DNA of 64,000 nucleotides from Terriglobia bacterium. Its GTDB lineage: Bacteria; Acidobacteriota; Terriglobia; 2-12-FULL-54-10. The stretch spans positions 2,042,283 to 2,106,282 of the forward strand of contig CAXVYR010000004.1 in the NCBI GenBank assembly GCA_963666975.2, written 5' to 3'. The notes under the pieces are model-generated. The model saw nothing but the letters and a program-made list of their open reading frames with translations. It was not told where the DNA came from and ran no database searches. This document shows positions 47,951 to 57,822 of this stretch, piece by piece. A program made the position numbers and the translations under genes. Within the stretch, counting starts at the first letter, position 1; each line of letters begins with the position of its first letter.

Positions 47951-48137
47951 TGGGTCAGTTTCCGTTAGGCACAGCGTCACGCGATTTGTCAGGGCACGGT
48001 TTTAACCGTGCCGTTAGATGGCCGTTTCCAGAAGGGCTTTAGCCCCTGAGGGAAATCAACCTCAGCGGCTAAAGCCGCTCTTCGGCACCTCGTTATCGGC
48101 ACGGTTAAAACCGTGCCCTGACGTTGAAACTGACCCA
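47951..48137. repeat. Nested palindromic (REP/MITE-like) element
   Basis: Outer pair 47951-47962/48126-48137. Middle pair 47988-48012/48098-48122; each arm is itself palindromic (GGCACGGTTnnAACCGTGCC). Inner pair is at ~48033-48051/48060-48080. Confidence 0.8.
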
Positions 48138-48232
48138 TCACCTCCGAATTCGCTGGCTTCCCCGACTGCAGGGCGTACAATGGTTTGGATCGGTTTATTC
48201 CATGAATTTTGGATAACAAGAAGGAGGCTACG

Positions 48233-49069
48233 ATGGCTGAGGAATTTGGCGACTTCAAACTTCCGCCAGGGATAGGGAAATGGATAGTTGTTGGTGCGAT
48301 CGTACTTGTCGGACTCTTTGTGCTGGGGGGAGTCTTCGGAACGGTCGGCGCTGGACAACGGGGCGTCTTGCTGCAGTTTGGGGCCGTGACCGATACGATC
48401 CACGATGAAGGTCTCTATTACAAGATTCCTTTTGTGCACGAGGTGGTTCTGATGTCCACCCAGATTCAGAAATACACCGCCCCGGCCACCTCTTCCAGCA
48501 AGGACTTGCAGGTGGTCTCCACGGAAGTCACCTTGAACTACCAGTTGGATTCTAACCAAGTGGGAGAAATTTATCGCAACATGCGACAGAATTATGAAAA
48601 CACGGTCATCCAGCCGTTCATCCAGGAAGTGGTCAAATCGACCACGGCCAACTACGACGCCGAGCAGTTGATCACACAGAGGCCGCTGGTGAAAGACGCA
48701 CTCCAAGCATCGCTGACGGAAAGGTTAGTTCCACTTGGGGTCAACGTTGTGGAACTCTCCATTACGGACTTTCAGTTCTCGCCGGCCTTCCAGGACTCCA
48801 TCGAGGCCAAGGTGAGAGCGGTCCAGGCAGCCCTGGAGGCACAGAACGCCTTGGAGCGCGTGAAGTTTGAGTCGGAACAGGCCATCACCAGGGCCACAGC
48901 CGAAGCCCGAGGGCTGGAACTCCAAAAAGAGCAGATAACGGATCAGTTGCTGGAGTTGCGGAAAATCGAGGTGCAAAGAACGGCGGTGGAGAAGTGGAAC
49001 GGAGTGATGCCTTCCGTGGTCACCAGCGGCGGCCCGGTTCCCATTCTGGACATATTCAGCTCGCGGTAA
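48233..49069 (+). CDS. SPFH/prohibitin (band 7) family protein
   Basis: AAGGAGG lies 5 nt upstream of the ATG at 48233. N-terminal TM helix. QRGVLLQFGAV...YYKIPFVHEVV... Confidence 0.85.
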   Translation: MAEEFGDFKLPPGIGKWIVVGAIVLVGLFVLGGVFGTVGAGQRGVLLQFGAVTDTIHDEGLYYKIPFVHEVVLMSTQIQKYTAPATSSSKDLQVVSTEVTLNYQLDSNQVGEIYRNMRQNYENTVIQPFIQEVVKSTTANYDAEQLITQRPLVKDALQASLTERLVPLGVNVVELSITDFQFSPAFQDSIEAKVRAVQAALEAQNALERVKFESEQAITRATAEARGLELQKEQITDQLLELRKIEVQRTAVEKWNGVMPSVVTSGGPVPILDIFSSR

Positions 49070-49307
49070 AGCAACGGCTGTTCGTCCCGCCTCCGCACGA
49101 AGGAGTCCTGCGCCAAAGCGCCTTGTTGACTGGCGGCTAATTGCCTCCCTTGCCCGCCAAAAGGGCTTCGGTGGCCGCCGGTTTCGTAGCACCATTTTCG
49201 ATGCATCATCATCATTGCAGGCGCCTGGGGAAAAGATTGCAGATAAGAATGACAAATCCGTATTCTGAACGGCTTTACTTTTTTGCTTTTTTGGGGAAGA
49301 AGGGTTC

Positions 49308-50168
49308 ATGGGTGATATCGCAGCGCCTTTGAGCGCGGTGCCGGCAGTTCGAGAGCTGTTTTCCCCCACTAAGGCCTCCATCGTCCTGGGAATTCACCTT
49401 GGAGCCATCGCCGCAATCTGGCATACCAACTGGACAGCCGTGGGGGTCTGTGTTCTGCTCCACGGGCTTTGCGGTGGCTTGGGGATTTGCGTAGGCTATC
49501 ATCGCTTGCTCACCCATCGGTCGTTCCAGTGTCCCCGCGCGCTGGAATATACTCTGGCTTTGCTTGGCGTGCTCGCCGTGCAAGGGCCGCCGATCGAGTG
49601 GGTGACCCATCACCGCCAGCACCACCAATATCCGGACCAACAAGGGGATCCCCACAGCGCTCGCGGGAGTTTCTGGTGGAGTCACATCCTGTGGATATTC
49701 TGGAACCATTCCGTCGAATCCCTGCAGAACGGCGTCGAGCAGCGCTACGTGCCCGACTTGCTGCGGCAGCCGTTTTACGGCTTTCTGGCCCGTGCGTACG
49801 TTTGGTTGAATCTCTTGCTCGCATTGCTGTTGTACTGGCTCGGCGGATGGCCTTTTGTGGTGTGGGGCATTTTCGTTCGGCTGGTCTTGACTTACCATTG
49901 CACCTTCCTGGTGAATTCAGCCAGCCACACTTTCGGATACAAGAGTTTCCCTACCAATGATCTCTCCACCAACTGCTGGTGGGTGGCGCTGTTGTCCTAC
50001 GGCGAAGGATGGCACAACAACCACCACGCCTTTCCCACGTCGGTTCGGCACGGATTCACGGCATGGGAGCTGGACCCTTCCTACTGGTTTATCCGCTTGC
50101 TGAAAGCATTTGGGCTGGCATGGGACCTTCGTTTGCCTATGCTCGGCAAAAAATCGGCGCCCATCTGA
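49308..50168 (+). CDS. Acyl-CoA (delta-9 type) fatty acid desaturase
   Basis: His boxes HRLLTH, HHRQHH and HNNHH. Four TM segments. Confidence 0.9.
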   Translation: MGDIAAPLSAVPAVRELFSPTKASIVLGIHLGAIAAIWHTNWTAVGVCVLLHGLCGGLGICVGYHRLLTHRSFQCPRALEYTLALLGVLAVQGPPIEWVTHHRQHHQYPDQQGDPHSARGSFWWSHILWIFWNHSVESLQNGVEQRYVPDLLRQPFYGFLARAYVWLNLLLALLLYWLGGWPFVVWGIFVRLVLTYHCTFLVNSASHTFGYKSFPTNDLSTNCWWVALLSYGEGWHNNHHAFPTSVRHGFTAWELDPSYWFIRLLKAFGLAWDLRLPMLGKKSAPI

Positions 50169-50313
50169 CTTTCGGATCTGCAACCCAAACCGTAACCTTT
50201 TCCGGAGAACCGTCGCTTGGGGGGATGGTGTCGCTGCTCGGTTAGGCAACTCGACGGAGCTCCGGCGTAGCATTGCCACGAGGCTTGCGGACAATAGAGC
50301 GGAGCCGATCACC

Positions 50314-51182
50314 GTTATTAGCAAGTTAAACTGTCCGGTATTTGTAGCAAGTGAAATGTCCGGTTTCATGATTCTACCGAGAGTGGTTTGGCGCTGACCG
50401 AAGGAGCCCGCAGGGCTACTGAGGTTAGTGCCGAATGGTGTCGTCGGGAAGCCACGGGGCTTGTGGGCGGCGGTTGCCGGACCGGACCGCCATCCCCACA
50501 GAGGAGTAGCGGCCCACTGTGTGCGGTCCATATTGTCCCGATTGACCACCCGTTCGTGCTGGATCGAGAAGATGCGGCCTAACTCCCGTCTGGCTGACGG
50601 CAAAAAGGCGCTGCCCGGTTGGGTGGCCGGCACGGCAAAGCGCCGATTAAACTCCCCGATATAGCTCTCCCGCAGGAACTCATTCGCGGCCTCTTAGCGT
50701 CGTGATCCCCCGCAGGCGCAGTTCCTGCGGCAGCCGCCCTTTGCCAGGTCCCGAAGTTCCGCTCGCTCCGTCCCCGCGCCTGCGGCGAGCAGGCCGGAAT
50801 CATCTGAATGCCCAGCTCCCGCAGCGCCCGGCCCACCTGGGTCAGCCGTTGCCGATCGACCAGATCACCCGCCTTTCGGGTCAGGAAGAAATGACTGGCC
50901 CGGTCGCTATAGAGGGCGCAAAAGATCCCCTGCTGCTCCACCACCGCATCTGCCGGTCGCTGATCCCGATGATCTCGGCTGCCTGCCACCAGTTGATTCG
51001 CTTCCCTATCGCTCGCTAGATTACTTCTTGTATCTTCATTGCCCGCTCCATATCGCCCGCTCCATCGCGGCCCTCGGGTATGACTCCCTCTCCACCTCCT
51101 GGATAGATGCTCTTAACCCAGGCCGCCTTCCAAGCGGACACTTCACTTGCGAATTCCACCGGACATATCCTCTGCTAACGAC
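50314..51182 (-). mobile_element. Degenerate, internally deleted rve-type IS (ISNCY/IS481-like) retaining ~50-bp imperfect terminal inverted repeats
   Basis: The left TIR (50314-50368) and right TIR (51130-51182) each contain two TGTCCGG boxes. On the minus strand: an N-terminal HTH piece MKIQEVI-stop-RAIGKRINWWQAAEIIGISDRQMRW, then ALYSDRASHFF...SPQARGRSERNFGTWQ, then frame-shifted ...RLPQELRLRGITT... and ANEFLRESYIGEFNRRFAVPATQPGSAF. Confidence 0.7.
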
Positions 51183-51398
51183 ATCGTGCGAATATTTGCT
51201 TGACACAGAACGTAACAGTAACTAGTATATGTGGTGGTATTGTTGTGCTTCGGCGTACTGCGAAAAGCAAGTGTTTATAGCCACCGTTTCTGCTATGGCA
51301 GTCAGGTGGCTTTTTTCTGGTCCAAACGGTCCTGCACAGCTGAGTGGTTCCCGTCGTTCCAACCCACAACGGTTTTGTAAAAGGAGGAGCAAAGTACA

Positions 51399-51611
51399 TT
51401 GTCACGCACTACCGGAAAAATAAAATGGTTTAACAACACCAAGGGTTATGGCTTCATCGGCCTAGACGACGGGGCGGACGTGTTCGTTCACTATTCCGCC
51501 GTTCAGGGAGAGGGTTACAAGACTCTCCAAGAGGGTGATCTGGTGGAGTTCGAGGTCACTCAGGGCCAGAAGGGCCCGCAGGCGGAAGACGTAACCAAAG
51601 TAGAACCTTAA
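51399..51611 (+). CDS. cspA: Cold-shock protein (CspA family)
   Basis: [15 protein letters not shown] (RNP1) and VFVHYS (RNP2). TTG start with AAGGAGG 11 nt upstream. Confidence 0.9.
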   Translation: MSRTTGKIKWFNNTKGYGFIGLDDGADVFVHYSAVQGEGYKTLQEGDLVEFEVTQGQKGPQAEDVTKVEP

Positions 51612-51655
51612 CCAGTATAACTTCCGATTAAAAGCCAACCGGCTTTTGAAAACAG

Positions 51656-51692
51656 CCCAGCGCTCTTGAGAATAGAGATGCTGGGTTTTTTC
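51656..51692 (+). terminator. Rho-independent terminator after csp
   Basis: Stem CCCAGCGCTCT...AGAGATGCTGGG followed by a T6 run (TTTTTTC). Confidence 0.7.
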
Positions 51693-51765
51693 ATGTTGGG
51701 CCTGTCTGATTTCTCCTGGCGGCGGCAAAAAATGTTTTGATCTTTATATGAGTTTTCTCCAATTT

Positions 51766-51862
51766 TGACCTGCACCCGGTTGTTGATCAACTTTCTATGT
51801 TGGTCCATACGCCGTTGCAGCCGGGTGGAGCGGCTGGTAGCCCAACGCGCTGTGCGGGCGAA
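51766..51862 (-). mobile_element. Solo right-end relic of an IS3-family element related to the 36529-37783 copy
   Basis: TGACCTGCACCCGGTTGTTGATCAACTTTCTATGTTGGTCCATACGCCGTTGCAGCCGGGTGGAGCGG...GTAGCCCAACGCGCTGTGCGGGCG aligns to the reverse complement of 37650-37783, with a ~40-nt internal gap. Confidence 0.75.
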
Positions 51863-52153
51863 CGTTGTTTTACACAGCGCCGCCATGACGCCGCACAGCG
51901 CACTTGGAAAAAGCCTGAACAATCCACATGGATTACTGAAAAGGAATATCTCGAACAGATACAGCCCCGTCTTGCAGGGGTTACACTCTCGGTCTTGTCA
52001 TCGACACTCGGCATTTCTGAGCCTTACGCAGTTGCTATCCGTGCAGGGAGGCGGGTTCCGCATCCACGACATTGGCAGACGCTGGCACGGCTTGTTGGAA
52101 TCGGGCCGAGAGGAGATGAAATGGCGTCGAAAACTGCAGTGGAACAATTTTGA
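51863..52153 (+). pseudogene. 5'-truncated hypothetical gene abutting the IS3 relic
   Basis: QRRHDAAQRTWKKPEQSTWITEKEYLEQIQPRLAGVTLSVLSSTLGISEPYAVAIRAGRRVPHPRHWQTLARLVG. The first ~22 codons of the listed ORF 51797..52153 are IS-relic sequence. Confidence 0.4.
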
Positions 52154-52780
52154 TCTCTCCAATCTGTCGATTTACAATCACGAACTGCTGAACGGGACGC
52201 TTTGCACAGGACGGAAAGGGTTTTGGCTCAATTTTTGGAAAGCCGACCACTCGACCTCCTTGCAATACCAGGACGCTCCCTCGATCTGCTCTGAGCTATT
52301 GCAGAAGGAACTGGATAGCGAAACCCAAGAATCGCTCGCCAAATCCCGCCTGAATATCGGCGAGCAGTATTTAGGGGAATACATGGAACGGCACTATCAT
52401 CGTAAACGCTCGTAAGCAGGAACCTTACCGCCACGCTCCAACTCTCAGATTTCCTACGCGGCTGGCTTGTATCTTTACGGCAGCCAAAACCATGTGATCT
52501 TTGCACAGCCAATCGGGACCCCTCACTGTGATGTACATTCGCACTACGAGTGGCACAAAAGATCGGTCTGGTCAACAGGAATGGCCACGGGAGACGTGGG
52601 GGCCGCGTCAGATTCATACACATTCTTCTCATTGCTGATCCTTAAGTTTTGAGCGGAAAAACTGGAAGCCCGCGCCAAGGCCGTCCGGGCCAAGCACGCC
52701 GAATGACAAGCCCGCAGCAGGGGTCTTCATTAAGCGTTACTGAAAACTCGACAGCGACCAGTTATCAAAACGGATCCGGT

Positions 52781-53530
52781 CTAAATGGCTTTCATGCGCT
52801 CGTACAATGGCGCTGCCTTTTTGTCCTTGCCTTGGGCACGGTAGAGGTCCGTAAGGTTTCTGAGTCGCGTGGCCACTTTGGGGTGGTTAGGTCCGAAGAC
52901 CTTCTCCACAATCGCGAGCGACCGCTTATACAAAGGCTCCGCCTCGCCGTACCTTTCCTGGTCGTGGTAGAGACTGGCAAGGTTGTTGAGGATGGTGGCC
53001 GTCTCGCGGTGTTGATCTCCTGCTGTCTTCTTGCTGACTTTTAACGCTCGCTTGTATAGCCGCTCGGCTACCTCATAATTCTCTTGGGAATGGTAGAGTG
53101 CCGCAAGCTTGTTCAACATCCCGACCGTCTGGGGGATATTGGATAAAAGCCTTGATGATTCTTGCTCGGGCAAAAGGAGTAGCAGCGCCTCACTTGTTCG
53201 GATTTCGGACATTTGCGGAGAAAGGTTCTGGACAGGCGAGCAAGGAAGAGTGATTGCCTCGTCACCCGCGGATCCACGGTCGGCATCTTCGGTAAGAACC
53301 AACACCGCCACTCCTGGGGAAGCAATTTGCAATTTCCGTACAATCTGTTCTGAGCTGTTTTCGCCTAACAGGGAGTCTGCCAGCACTAAGACATAGGCTT
53401 CTTGACGTAAAAGGTTCTTAGCTTCTGAATAAGAGCCCGCGGTTGCACAGCTATGTCCTGCGAACTCTAATACCAAAGCCAGACCTTCCCTTTCCTTTGG
53501 ATGATTTCCAAGTACAAGAATTTTTGCCAT
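52781..53530 (-). CDS. Degenerate receiver (REC-like) domain fused to TPR_12-type repeats
   Basis: KILVLGNHPKE has no acidic pair. VLVLAD retains an Asp. The Lys-Pro position reads LP. The C-terminal repeats are LASLYHDQERYGEAEPLYKRSLAI... Confidence 0.65.
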   Translation of the reverse strand: MAKILVLGNHPKEREGLALVLEFAGHSCATAGSYSEAKNLLRQEAYVLVLADSLLGENSSEQIVRKLQIASPGVAVLVLTEDADRGSAGDEAITLPCSPVQNLSPQMSEIRTSEALLLLLPEQESSRLLSNIPQTVGMLNKLAALYHSQENYEVAERLYKRALKVSKKTAGDQHRETATILNNLASLYHDQERYGEAEPLYKRSLAIVEKVFGPNHPKVATRLRNLTDLYRAQGKDKKAAPLYERMKAI

Positions 53531-53906
53531 GTTTCACCCGGAATTTCCTTTTGGGCCCTTCCGGCTCGCGAGTATACACCCATCAGCCTCCAACTGAGCC
53601 CTTCCAGCGCAGTTTTGCTCTCAGGGGGCTCCGAGCGGGCATCCAGATCCTGAAAATCTGTGGGCCCAGCTTCCAGAACCAGCTTTTTCAGACACCCCTC
53701 CATTCCTGGGAGATAGCAGAATCGATTTCGACACATGAGAAACCCCGGCAATTTTGCGATGCCAATTTGCCGGGGCTACCGCTTCTCTCCTGCCATTGAC
53801 AAGAAAGCATTGACGGAATTCAACTGTCTTGGTACGCTGCCGTCGCAAAGATTTGTCATTTACCGGGTTGCTTTCCACGAAGCACCGTGATCGGAAAGGG
53901 TAGCGA

Positions 53907-54881
53907 ATGGAGGGAAAAAGGATGGGGATCTCAAAGAGGAAGTTCCTTGCGGGCTCCGTGATAGGCTTTGCCCTCTTGTCTCTGTTCAGTCCAATAATAG
54001 CCTATGGAAGATGCATGGAGAACCCCAAGTTCGTCGATGTCGGGGGGATCAAGACACGATACTTTGAAGGAGGAAGCGGAGAAACCCTGGTGCTGGTGCA
54101 CGGGGGCCAATTCGGGAGCAACTACTCTGCAGATGTGTGGAGTTTGAATTTTGACATTCTATGCGAACATTTCCACGTGTACGCATTCGACAAACTGGGT
54201 CAAGGCGATACGGACAACCCCAAGAACGACGCCGACTACACCATGAAAGCAGTCATCCAGCACACTTATCAGTTCCTTCGCACGATGGGCATCCAGAGAG
54301 CGAATCTCCTGGGACACTCTCGAGGCGCCCTGCCTGTAGCACGCATTGCGGTTGATCATCCAGATATGGTGAAGAACCTGATTATCCTGGACAGCAGCAC
54401 CCTCGCACCTTATGATCCGGCTGCCGCAGCCGCCCAGAGAAAACTGGTGGAAGAAACTTCTGCAAATGCACCGCCGACCCCAACCAGGGAATTCCTGCGC
54501 CGGGAACCGGAATACAGTTCCTATTTGAAAGACCATATCACCGATGCGTTTATCGAGAAGAACTTAAGGGTTGCTTTGCTTCCAAAGATGGCTGAAGCTC
54601 GAAAAAAAAGTCGCTTGCCCGATGTAGAGAAAGTAAAAAACGAAACCCTAGACTTAATCAAGGCCGGACATCTGAAGGCAGACACACTGATCATCTGGGG
54701 GTTTAATGATCGTACCGCCCCGTATTCGCTAGGCATAGAACTTTTGAAGATCATTTCTCCGGTCGTCGACCGGACCCAATTACACATTTTTAATCAGGCT
54801 GGGCATTACGTATATAGAGAACACCCTGCTGAGGTTGACCGGCTCATCGTGGAGTTCATTAAAGGCCCATCCTCAAATTAA
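53907..54881 (+). CDS. Alpha/beta hydrolase (meta-cleavage-product hydrolase-like), secreted
   Basis: LVLVHGG oxyanion region and GHSRGA nucleophile elbow. Signal peptide. Alternative start at 53922 with GGAGGG upstream. Confidence 0.8.
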   Translation: MEGKRMGISKRKFLAGSVIGFALLSLFSPIIAYGRCMENPKFVDVGGIKTRYFEGGSGETLVLVHGGQFGSNYSADVWSLNFDILCEHFHVYAFDKLGQGDTDNPKNDADYTMKAVIQHTYQFLRTMGIQRANLLGHSRGALPVARIAVDHPDMVKNLIILDSSTLAPYDPAAAAAQRKLVEETSANAPPTPTREFLRREPEYSSYLKDHITDAFIEKNLRVALLPKMAEARKKSRLPDVEKVKNETLDLIKAGHLKADTLIIWGFNDRTAPYSLGIELLKIISPVVDRTQLHIFNQAGHYVYREHPAEVDRLIVEFIKGPSSN

Positions 54882-54999
54882 GTCTGGGGTTGGCTCTTTA
54901 TCCCGGATTTCCGTTTTAAACCTCCAAAGCTAATCTTATACTGACCTCCGACGCCGATATTTATGCTGGTTCCAGCGTCAATACAGCTTCCGGAGGTGA

Positions 55000-55534
55000 A
55001 AACCCAGTGGGCGAGAGGCGAAATCAGCCCTTGCAGTTCTCTTTCAATCTGTGTTGAAGGTCGAATTCCAGGGGTCGCGGGTTACATCCGACGGCGGCCT
55101 CATTCTGGTACGCGAGTTGGATGAGCGTTTGGGATTCAGCAAACTCATCGCGCAGCACTTGACCGACTCTCGGGGCATGAACACAAAGTTCGCTCTAGCC
55201 GACATGGTCCGGCAATCGGTTTACAGCCGGTTGGCGGGATATGAAGACATGAATGACGCGGCTGATCTGCCGCCGGTTCCGGTCGAACGAGGTGCGGCTG
55301 TGGCTGACCATCATTGCCTATACCCTGGGCAACCTTTGGCGGCGACTTGTATTGCCACAGAGGATCGGGAACTGGCCGTTGACGAGCTTGCAGCAGCGGT
55401 TGGTGAAGACCGGAGGTCGGCTGGTGAAACATGCGCGCTATTACTGGCTTTTGCTGGCCAAAGGGCACTTGAGCCGGAGACGGTTCAGCAGCATGCTGCG
55501 AACGATCTCGGCACTGCCGCTGCCAGACGGCTAG
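55000..55534 (+). pseudogene. IS1380-family transposase relic (N- and C-terminal pieces only, internal deletion, frame change)
   Basis: The N-terminal piece is FQGSRVTSDGGLILVRELDERLGF...SRLAGYEDMNDA. The C-terminal piece, in another frame, is CRRFRSNEVRLWLTIIAYTLGNLW...LVKTGGRLVKHARYYWLLL. Confidence 0.7.
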
Positions 55535-55778
55535 CGACCCAGGAGAGAGGGGAATTTAGCTGTTCAGAAGTGGTCAGGTGGATGAGCGTCAGCGGCGAGG
55601 CAGGCTGGGGAGGGCAAAACCCGCACAGCAACTCCGCAGAACGGCCAAAACGAGCTGCACTACCACCTCAAAGAAGCCAGGGCGATTTGCCCTTGACACG
55701 GCAGGGTAGAAGACATAGGTTTTCGGGTGAGGTGGAGCTCATAATGGAAATTCCGGTTAAAAGGTGAGGAGGGTAAAG

Positions 55779-57707
55779 ATGAAAGGGAGGAAAATGGGCA
55801 GTCTGTTTGTGGTTCTGGGATGGGCGCTGGTGGCCAGTTTTTCATTGCAAGCCCAGCAAGCACCCTCCGATATGATCTTTGTTAACGGCAAGATCGTCAC
55901 TGTGGATGACAGCAGCTTCAATTCTAACTTGGGGACCATTGCCCAGGCCATGCACGTGAAAGATGGAAAGATTTTGCACGTCGGAACCAACAACCAGATT
56001 CGCCCCATGGCGGGTTCTGACACCAAAATCGTTGATCTGAAGGGGCGAACGATGCTTCCGGGGTTCATCCTAACCCATGAGCATCCCTGGGATTGGAGTC
56101 CGGTATCCCCGCCAATCATCCAGAAGGTTCTCACGGATGACATCGTCGTAACACGGGCGCTGACGGGGAGTCCGGATGAAAACCTTAAGGCATTTCCAGG
56201 GGTGTTGTCGGAGGCGGTGAGCAAAGCCAAGCCGGGGCAGTGGATTTACATCGTGTTTACTCTGGGCAGAAATTATGAGTACAGCCTGGGCGGGAACGGC
56301 GGCTATGGAAGAAACGGGCTTGACCCCGCAGTGTTTAATGTCCTGGATGGCGAACGGATCACTACAGAACAACTCGATGCGGCAGCTCCAAACAATTTTG
56401 TCCTGTTGCGAGATGTCTTCGTATCAACCGTCATGAACCAGAAGGCAATCGATGCCGGGATCGAAGCGTTCCCGGACCCCTGCACCAATTCTTTGGTACC
56501 TAACCCTAACAATGAGACGGAATGTGCCAATTCGCCTGCCCGCATGCCCATGCGGTGGATGGCTGAGGACGTGATGCTAAAGGATCATTATTCTCAATTG
56601 GTGGAGATTCAACGCTTGGGGTTGGAATGGTGGGCTGGCTATGGGATGACCGCTTATGCCTCCAATGCTTACTCTCCTTCCAATCTAAAGGTTTATAAGG
56701 ATCTGGACGGCAGAGGGCAGATGCCCATCCGAAATATGTGGACCTGGAACTGGCATCCAGAAATGTTCAAAGATCCCTTCTTGCTAACCAGCGTGGCAAC
56801 CCGTACAGGAGAGGGGAGTGATTATTTATGGTATGGAGGGGCGACGATTGCCGTCGGGCGTGGTTGCACCCAAGCGAAGCCTCTGGCCAGTTCCAAGTTG
56901 GTCCAGAATAGTGCCATGCAGGTAGAACAGCGTATTTCTTCCTGTGCCTATGCTCCGGGCTCAGTCCCGGCAAGATTGCTGTATGACTATGTCCAGGCTG
57001 GCGGTCGATTTGTAAATCTGCACACCATCGGAGATGGGGACATTGACAACATCATGAACGTTATTGTGAGGGCCAGCAAGGACGCTGGAATGACGGACGA
57101 GGAAATTCGGGCGAAACGGCACGGTTTCGACCATACTACGATGTGGCCTCGCCCCGATCAGATTCCGATGATGAAGCAATACAACTTCCTGGCCAGTGGC
57201 GATGGTTACGAAGTTGTACAGGCTTCTCCGGCGGTTTTCGATATCTTCGGGGAAAGGGTGGCGGGCTGGATCGTTCCCAAGAGACGGCTGGTCGAGGGGG
57301 GGATCTATAACACCATCGAAGTAGACCGCGCCCTTCCCACCACGGATCTGTCCATTTTCTCGGGGGGTATATCTCCGATCATCACCCGGAAGAGTTGGGA
57401 TGGAAAGGTGTATGCTTCCGGCCAACGGGTGGATCGGGAAACCGCGTTGAAAATTGCCTCCACCTGGGGCGCCTACTACGTATTGCGGGAGAATGAATTG
57501 GGTTCCCTCGAGCCGGGTAAGTGGGCCGATTTCATGGTGCTGGATCGCGACTACCTCACTATTCCCGAGGACGACATCGCCAACATTCGGGTCTTAATGA
57601 CCATGGTGGGCGGCAAGGTCGTGCACTTGGTTCCTTCCATGGCTCGGGAGATCGGCTTGCAATCGGCGGGAGCGATGGTACAGCTCGGCCCCGCTGCCCA
57701 ATGGTAA
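55779..57707 (+). CDS. Amidohydrolase family (amidohydrolase_3-like) metal-dependent hydrolase, secreted
   Basis: GAGGAGG lies 6 nt upstream of the ATG at 55779. Signal peptide. GFILTHEHPWD, NLHTIGDGDID and a C-terminal ADFMVLD. Confidence 0.8.
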   Translation: MKGRKMGSLFVVLGWALVASFSLQAQQAPSDMIFVNGKIVTVDDSSFNSNLGTIAQAMHVKDGKILHVGTNNQIRPMAGSDTKIVDLKGRTMLPGFILTHEHPWDWSPVSPPIIQKVLTDDIVVTRALTGSPDENLKAFPGVLSEAVSKAKPGQWIYIVFTLGRNYEYSLGGNGGYGRNGLDPAVFNVLDGERITTEQLDAAAPNNFVLLRDVFVSTVMNQKAIDAGIEAFPDPCTNSLVPNPNNETECANSPARMPMRWMAEDVMLKDHYSQLVEIQRLGLEWWAGYGMTAYASNAYSPSNLKVYKDLDGRGQMPIRNMWTWNWHPEMFKDPFLLTSVATRTGEGSDYLWYGGATIAVGRGCTQAKPLASSKLVQNSAMQVEQRISSCAYAPGSVPARLLYDYVQAGGRFVNLHTIGDGDIDNIMNVIVRASKDAGMTDEEIRAKRHGFDHTTMWPRPDQIPMMKQYNFLASGDGYEVVQASPAVFDIFGERVAGWIVPKRRLVEGGIYNTIEVDRALPTTDLSIFSGGISPIITRKSWDGKVYASGQRVDRETALKIASTWGAYYVLRENELGSLEPGKWADFMVLDRDYLTIPEDDIANIRVLMTMVGGKVVHLVPSMAREIGLQSAGAMVQLGPAAQW

Positions 57708-57775
57708 ACTGGTTGGAGTTTTTCCGAACAGGAGCCGTTGTCGAAAAGTAACTGCGGGAAAGCGTGAAGTCCACG

Positions 57776-57822
57776 CAAAAAGCCGGGTTCCCGGGAAGAG
57801 GAATTCCCAGCCCGGCTTTTTG
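57776..57822 (+). terminator. Rho-independent terminator candidate after the amidohydrolase gene
   Basis: AAAAAGCCGGG...CCCGGCTTTTT stem with flanking A and T runs; it could act in either direction. Confidence 0.6.

Noticed and set aside
52118-52415. A possible small CDS (MKWRRKLQWNNFDLSNLSIYNHELL...GEYMERHYHRKRS) in low-GC DNA after the truncated gene.
   Set aside because: It has no recognisable motif or RBS and overlaps the end of the preceding fragment. It cannot be supported from sequence alone and could be another gene remnant.
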